DNA of 64,000 nt from Paragordius varius. Lineage: Eukaryota; Animalia; Nematomorpha. The position numbers and the translations under genes are program-made. The stretch spans positions 13,020,001-13,084,000 of the forward strand of contig OZ176051.1 in the NCBI GenBank assembly GCA_964247055.1, read 5' to 3'. Below the pieces are notes generated by a model. It saw only the letters and a program-made list of their open reading frames with translations. It did not search any database and was not told the DNA's origin. Positions within the stretch are counted from its first letter, which is position 1. Each line of letters opens with the position of its first letter. Below, one piece after another: positions 52,801 to 61,800 of the stretch.

Positions 52801-55800
52801 CGCCATCCGGTCAAACAACTCCATCTGGTCAAACAACTCCTTCAGGTCAAACTACACCATCAGGAGTGACCACACCATCGGGTGAAACTACACCCTCTGG
52901 TCAAACAACGCCGTCTGGTGAAACGACTCCTTCAGGTGCAACTACACCTTCCGGTCAAACAACGCCATCAGGTCAAACCACTCCTTCAGGTCAAACTACA
53001 CCATCTGGTCAAACCACTCCATCAGGTGCTACTACGCCCTCTGGTCAAACAACTCCATCAGGTGCTACTACACCTTCCGGTCAAACAACTCCATCCGGTC
53101 AAACAACTCCTTCAGGTCAAACTACACCATCTGGTCAAACCACTCCATCAGGTGCTACAACGCCTTCAGGAGAAACAACGCCATCCGGTCAAACAACTCC
53201 ATCTGGTCAAACAACTCCTTCAGGTCAAACTACACCATCAGGAGTGACCACACCATCGGGTGAAACTACACCCTCTGGTCAAACAACGCCGTCTGGTGAA
53301 ACGACTCCTTCAGGTGCAACTACACCTTCCGGTCAAACAACGCCATCCGGTCAAACCACTCCTTCAGGTCAAACTACACCATCTGGTCAAACCACTCCAT
53401 CAGGTGCTACTACGCCCTCTGGTCAAACAACTCCATCAGCTGCTACTACACCTTCCGGTCAAACAACTCCATCCGGTCAAACAACTCCTTCAGGTCAAAC
53501 TACACCATCTGGTCAAACCACTCCATCAGGTGCTACAACGCCTTCAGGAGAAACAACGCCATCCGGTCAAACAACTCCATCTGGTCAAACAACTCCTTCA
53601 GGTCAAACTACACCATCAGGAGTGACCACGCCATCGGGTGAAACCACTCCATCAGGTGCTACTACGCCTTCTGGTCAAACAACTCCATCAGGTGCTACTA
53701 CGCCTTCAGGTCAAACAACACCATCTGGTCAAACCACTCCATCAGGTGCTACTACGCCTTCTGGGGAAACAACGCCATCCGGTCAAACAACTCCATCTGG
53801 TCAAACAACTCCCTCAGGTCAAACTACACCATCTGGTGTAACCACTCCATCAGGTGCAACTACACCTTCCGGTCAAACAACTCCATCTGGTCAAACAACT
53901 CCCTCAGGTCAAACTACACCATCTGGTGTAACCACTCCATCAGGTGCAACTACACCTTCCGGTCAAACAACTCCATCTGGTGAAACAACTCCTTCAGGAC
54001 AAACCACTCCATCTGGCCAAACTACACCTTCTGGTGAAACCACTCCATCTGGTCAAACAACGCCCTCTGGTCAAACGACTCCATCAGGTGAAACTACTCC
54101 ATCTGGTGTGACTACACCATCTGGTCAAACAACTCCTTCAGGACAAACCACTCCATCTGGTGTTACAACGCCATCCGGTCAAACAACTCCATCTGGTCAA
54201 ACAACTCCCTCAGGGCAAACTACACCATCTGGTGTAACCACTCCATCAGGTGCAACTACACCTTCCGGTCAAACAACTCCATCTGGTGAAACAACTCCTT
54301 CAGGACAAACTACACCATCCGGAGCTACCACGCCATCGGGTGCAACTACACCTTCCGGTCAAACAACACCATCTGGTCAAACGACTCCTTCAGGTCAAAC
54401 CACACCATCTGGCCAAACTACACCTTCTGGTGTAACCACTCCATCTGGTCAAACAACGCCCTCCGGTCAAACGACTCCATCAGGTGAAACTACTCCATCT
54501 GGTGTAACTACACCATCTGGTCAAACAACTCCTTCAGGACAAACCACTCCATCTGGTGTTACAACGCCTTCCGGAGCTACCACGCCATCCGGTGAAACTA
54601 CGCCTTCTGGACAAACCACTCCATCAGGTGCTACTACACCTTCCGGTCAAACTACCCCATCTGGTGCAACAACACCATCTGGTGAAACAACGCCCTCCGG
54701 TCAAACCACTCCATCAGGTGTAACGACGCCATCCGGACAAACAACTACTTGTCCGCCAAGTATTAAAAATATTTTTATAAAATTTTAGCCATTGATATAT
54801 GTGAATTGGTGACGGAAAACGGTAATTACAGTTTGAGTGACTTAGTTGGGTGCACGTCTCCCTCTTGCAAGTATATTTACCTTTCTAAAAATTTATTAGG
54901 GATGATATTTATTTGGAACGCGATGGCGACAAAATTATATGGCCAATTGACAATCAAGACATCTTTGGTGTATTTAATCCATCTGACGAAGACCAAGAAG
55001 AATTATATCAAACTCTCACCATTCTTTTCTACCTTAAAACAAAATTCAATCTAACATTTATTGCGGATAGCAATGTAAGTCATATTACACAAACATTTAT
55101 AAATATGAAATGTAAAACGTCCAATATATATGACATAATTTTTTTGAATATTTAGCTTGTATTGGTAACAAAACCTAACATCACGGATTACAATGAAATA
55201 GCAATTTGCAGTCTTTTCATTGAAAAGGATATCTATTCTGATTGCCTGTACCCACAAGATATTGAAGATAAGGAAATAGTATATAATATATGTTAACATT
55301 GTATAGAAACAAATCGAACAATTACAAAATGGAATCAAAATTACGACTAATGACGGCAATGAAAAAATTATCGAAAATGCTTTTGTCATTCGCGCTAACA
55401 AAGATGTTTTCGAAGTTTCTGGGGACAAACACAAGCTCAATATTGTCTTGATTGACTGTGCAAGTAAGATTCATAATGAAATATCGAAAAATATTGTTAT
55501 CAGTAAATAGTTGTTTCATGCATTTATATTTGTTTTTCATATTAATACAGATGTAACGACAACAGGTATTTCTTGATTTTATTAATTTTTTAGTTGTGAC
55601 GCCAACGACGACAGGATCACCTTTCAATACAACAACAACGGCTTCAACACCTATAACCACACCATCGGGACAAACAACTCCCTCTGGTCAAACGACTCCA
55701 TCAGGTGAAACAACTCCATCTGGTGTAACTACACCATCTGGTGTTACAACGCCTTCAGGGGAAACCACGCCCTCTGGAGCAACAACCCCATCTGGTCAAA

Positions 55801-58800
55801 CAACTCCTTCCGGCTTAACGACACCTTCTGGTGCAACGACTCCATCTGGTGTTACAACGCCTTCAGGAGCTACCACGCCATCTGGACAAACAACTCCATC
55901 AGGACAAACTACACCATCAGGAGCTACAACGCCATCAGGTGAAACTACACCTTCTGGACAAACAACTCCTTCCGGTCAAACCACTCCATCAGGTGCTACA
56001 ACGCCTTCAGGAGAAACAACGCCATCCGGGCAAACAACTCCATCTGGTCAAACAACTCCTTCAGGTCAAACTACACCATCAGGAGTGACCACACCATCGG
56101 GTGAAACTACACCCTCTGGTCAAACAACGCCGTCTGGTGAAACGACTCCATCAGGTGTAACTACACCTTCCGGTCAAACAACGCCATCAGGTCAAACCAC
56201 TCCTTCAGGTCAAACTACACCATCTGGTCAAACCACTCCATCAGGTGCTACTACGCCCTCTGGTCAAACAACTCCATCAGGTGCTACTACACCTTCCGGT
56301 CAAACAACGCCATCCGGTCAAACAACTCCATCCGGTCAAACCACTCCTTCAGGTCAAACCACTCCTTCAGGTCAAACCACTCCATCAGGTGCCACAACGC
56401 CTTCAGGAGAAACAACGCCATCCGGTCAAACAACTCCATCTGGTCAAACAACTCCTTCAGGTCAAACTACACCATCAGGAGTGACCACACCATCGGGTGA
56501 AACTACACCCTCTGGTCAAACAACGCCGTCTGGTGAAACGACTCCTTCAGGTGCAACTACACCTTCCGGTCAAACAACGCCATCAGGTCAAACCACTCCT
56601 TCAGGTCAAACTACACCATCTGGTCAAACCACTCCATCAGGTGCTACTACGCCCTCTGGTCAAACAACTCCATCAGGTGCTACTACACCTTCCGGTCAAA
56701 CAACTCCATCCGGTCAAACAACTCCTTCAGGTCAAACTACACCATCTGGTCAAACCACTCCATCAGGTGCTACAACGCCTTCAGGAGAAACAACGCCATC
56801 CGGTCAAACAACTCCATCTGGTCAAACAACTCCTTCAGGTCAAACTACACCATCAGGAGTGACCACACCAACGGGTGAAACTACACCCTCTGGTCAAACA
56901 ACGCCGTCTGGTGAAACGACTCCTTCAGGTGCAACTACACCTTCCGGTCAAACAACGCCATCCGGTCAAACCACTCCTTCAGGTCAAACTACACCATCTG
57001 GTCAAACCACTCCATCAGGTGCTACTACGCCCTCTGGTCAAACAACTCCATCAGCTGCTACTACACCTTCCGGTCAAACAACTCCATCCGGTCAAACAAC
57101 TCCTTCAGGTCAAACTACACCATCTGGTCAAACCACTCCATCAGGTGCTACAACGCCTTCAGGAGAAACAACGCCATCCGGTCAAACAACTCCATCTGGT
57201 CAAACAACTCCTTCAGGTCAAACTACACCATCAGGAGTGACCACGCCATCGGGTGAAACCACTCCATCAGGTGCTACTACGCCTTCTGGTCAAACAACTC
57301 CATCAGGTGCTACTACGCCTTCAGGTCAAACAACACCATCTGGTCAAACCACTCCATCAGGTGCTACTACGCCTTCTGGGGAAACAACGCCATCCGGTCA
57401 AACAACTCCATCTGGTCAAACAACTCCCTCAGGTCAAACTACACCATCTGGTGTAACCACTCCATCAGGTGCAACTACACCTTCCGGTCAAACAACTCCA
57501 TCTGGTCAAACAACTCCCTCAGGTCAAACTACACCATCTGGTGTAACCACTCCATCAGGTGCAACTACACCTTCCGGTCAAACAACTCCATCTGGTGAAA
57601 CAACTCCTTCAGGACAAACCACTCCATCTGGCCAAACTACACCTTCTGGTGAAACCACTCCATCTGGTCAAACAACGCCCTCTGGTCAAACGACTCCATC
57701 AGGTGAAACTACTCCATCTGGTGTGACTACACCATCTGGTCAAACAACTCCTTCAGGACAAACCACTCCATCTGGTGTTACAACGCCATCCGGTCAAACA
57801 ACTCCATCTGGTCAAACAACTCCCTCAGGGCAAACTACACCATCTGGTGTAACCACTCCATCAGGTGCAACTACACCTTCCGGTCAAACAACTCCATCTG
57901 GTGAAACAACTCCTTCAGGACAAACTACACCATCCGGAGCTACCACGCCATCGGGTGCAACTACACCTTCCGGTCAAACAACACCATCTGGTCAAACGAC
58001 TCCTTCAGGTCAAACCACACCATCTGGCCAAACTACACCTTCTGGTGTAACCACTCCATCTGGTCAAACAACGCCCTCCGGTCAAACGACTCCATCAGGT
58101 GAAACTACTCCATCTGGTGTAACTACACCATCTGGTCAAACAACTCCTTCAGGACAAACCACTCCATCTGGTGTTACAACGCCTTCCGGAGCTACCACGC
58201 CATCCGGTGAAACTACGCCTTCTGGACAAACCACTCCATCAGGTGCTACTACACCTTCCGGTCAAACTACCCCATCTGGTGCAACAACACCATCTGGTGA
58301 AACAACGCCCTCCGGTCAAACCACTCCCTCAGGTGTAACGACGCCATCCGGACAAACAACTACTTGTCCGCCAAGTATTAAAAATATTTTTATAAAATTT
58401 TAGCCATTGATATATGTGAATTGGTGACGGAAAACGGTAATTACAGTTTGAGTGACTTAGTTGGGTGCACGTCTCCCTCTTGCAAGTATATTTACCTTTC
58501 TAAAAATTTATTAGGGATGATATTTATTTGGAACGCGATGGCGACAAAATTATATGGCCAATTGACAATCAAGACATCTTTGGTGTATTTAATCCATCTG
58601 ACGAAGACCAAGAAGAATTATATCAAACTCTCACCATTCTTTTCTACCTTAAAACAAAATTCAATCTTACATTTATTGCGGATAGCAATGTAAGTCATAT
58701 TACACAAACATTTATAAATATGAAATGTAAAACGTCCAATATATATGACATAATTTTTTTGAATATTTAGCTTGTATTGGTAACAAAACCAAACATCACG

Positions 58801-61800
58801 GATTACAATGAAATAGCAATTTGCAGTCTTTTCATTGAAAAGGATATCTATTCTGATTGCCTGTACCCACAAGATATTGAAGATAAGGAAATAGTATATA
58901 ATATATGTTAACATTGTATAGAAACAAATCGAACAATTACAAAATGGAATCAAAATTACGACTAATGACGGCAATGAAAAAATTATCGAAAATGCTTTTG
59001 TCATTCGCGCTAACAAAGATGTTTTCGAAGTTTCTGGGGACAAACACAAGCTCAATATTGTGTTGATTGACTGTGCAAGTAAGATTCATAATGAAATATC
59101 GAAAAATATTGTTATCAGTAAATAGTTGTTTCATGCATTTATATTTGTTTTTCATATTAATACAGATGTAACGACAACAGGTATTTCTTGATTTTATTAA
59201 TTTTTTAGTTGTGACGCCAACGACGACAGGATCACCTTTCAATACAACAACAACGGCTTCAACACCTATAACCACACCATCGGGACAAACAACTCCCTCT
59301 GGTCAAACGACTCCATCAGGTGAAACAACTCCATCTGATGTAACTACACCATCTGGTGTTACAACGCCTTCAGGGGAAACCACGCCCTCTGGAGCAACAA
59401 CCCCATCTGGTCAAACAACTCCTTCCGGCTTAACGACACCTTCTGGTGCAACGACTCCATCTGGTGTTACAACGCCTTCAGGAGCTACCACGCCATCTGG
59501 ACAAACAACTCCATCAGGACAAACAACACCATCAGGAGCTACAACGCCATCAGGTGAAACTACACCTTCTGGACAAACAACTCCTTCCGGTCAAACCACT
59601 CCATCAGGTGCTACAACGCCTTCAGGAGAAACAACGCCATCCGGGCAAACAACTCCATCTGGTCAAACAACTCCTTCAGGTCAAACTACACCATCAGGAG
59701 TGACCACACCATCGGGTGAAACTACACCCTCTGGTCAAACAACGCCGTCTGGTGAAACGACTCCTTCAGGTGCAACTACACCTTCCGGTCAAACAACGCC
59801 ATCCGGTCAAACCACTCCTTCAGGTCAAACTACACCATCTGGTCAAACCACTCCATCAGGTGCTACTACGCCATCTGGTCAAACAACTCCATCAGGTGCT
59901 ACTACACCTTCCGGTCAAACAACTCCATCCGGTCAAACAACTCCTTCAGGTCAAACTACACCATCTGGTCAAACCACTCCATCAGGTGCTACAACGCCTT
60001 CAGGAGAAACAACGCCATCCGGTCAAACAACTCCATCTGGTCAAACAACTCCTTCAGGTCAAACTACACCATCAGGAGTGACCACACCATCGGGTGAAAC
60101 TACACCGTCTGGTCAAACAACGCCGTCTGGTGAAACGACTCCTTCAGGTGCAACTACACCTTCCGGTCAAACAACGCCATCCGGTCAAACCACTCCTTCA
60201 GGTCAAACTACACCATCTGCTCAAACCACTCCATCAGGTGCTACTACGCCCTCTGGTCAAACAACTCCATCAGGTGCTACTACACCTTCCGGTCAAACAA
60301 CTCCATCCGGTCAAACAACTCCTTCAGGTCAAACTACACCATCTGGTCAAACCACTCCATCAGGTGCTACAACGCCTTCAGGAGAAACAACGCCATCCGG
60401 TCAAACAACTCCATCTGGTCAAACAACTCCTTCAGGTCAAACTACACCATCAGGAGTGACCACGCCATCGGGTGAAACCACTCCATCAGGTGCTACTACG
60501 CCTTCTGGTCAAACAACTCCATCAGGTGCTACTACACCTTCCGGTCAAACAACTCCATCTGGTCAAACAACTCCCTCAGGTCAAACTACACCATCTGGTG
60601 TAACCACTCCATCAGGTGCAACTACACCTTCCGGTCAAACAACTCCATCTGGTCAAACAACTCCCTCAGGTCAAACTACACCATCTGGTGTAACCACTCC
60701 ATCAGGTGCAACTACACCTTCCGGTCAAACAACTCCATCTGGTGAAACAACTCCTTCAGGACAAACCACTCCATCTGGCCAAACTACACCTTCTGGTGAA
60801 ACCACTCCATCTGGTCAAACAACGCCCTCTGGTCAAACGACTCCATCAGGTGAAACTACTCCATCTGGTGTGACTACACCATCTGGTCAAACAACTCCTT
60901 CAGGACAAACCACTCCATCTGGTGTTACAACGCCATCCAGTCAAACAACTCCCTCAGGGCAAACTACACCATCTGGTGTAACCACTCCATCAGGTGCAAC
61001 TACACCTTCCGGTCAAACAACTCCATCTGGTGAAACAACTCCTTCAGGACAAACTACACCATCCGGAGCTACCACGCCATCGGGTGCAACTACACCTTCC
61101 GGTCAAACAACACCATCTGGTCAAACGACTCCTTCAGGTCAAACCACACCATCTGGCCAAACTACACCTTCTGGTGTAACCACTCCATCTGGTCAAACAA
61201 CGCCCTCCGGTCAAACGACTCCATCAGGTGAAACTACTTCATCTGGTGTAACTACACCATCTGGTCAAACAACTCCTTCAGGACAAACCACTCCATCTGG
61301 TGTTACAACGCCTTCCGGAGCTACCACGCCATCCGGTGAAACTACGCCTTCTGGACAAACCACTCCATCAGGTGCTACTACACCTTCCGGTCAAACTACC
61401 CCATCTGGTGCAACAACACCATCTGGTGAAACAACGCCCTCCGGTCAAACCACTCCATCAGGTGTAACGACGCCATCCGGACAAACAACTACTTGTCCGC
61501 CAAGTATTAAAAATTTTTTTATAAAATTTTAGCCATTGATATATGTGAATTGGTGACGGAAAACGGTAATTACAGTTTGAGTGACTTAGTTGGGTGCACG
61601 TCTCCCTCTTGCAAGTATATTTACCTTTCTAAAAATTTATTAGGGATGATATTTATTTGGAACGCGATGGCGACAAAATTATATGGCCAATTGACAATCA
61701 AGACATCTTTGGTGTATTTAATCCATCTGACGAAGACCAAGAAGAATTATATCAAACTCTCACCATTCTTTTCTACCTTAAAACAAAATTCAATCTAACA

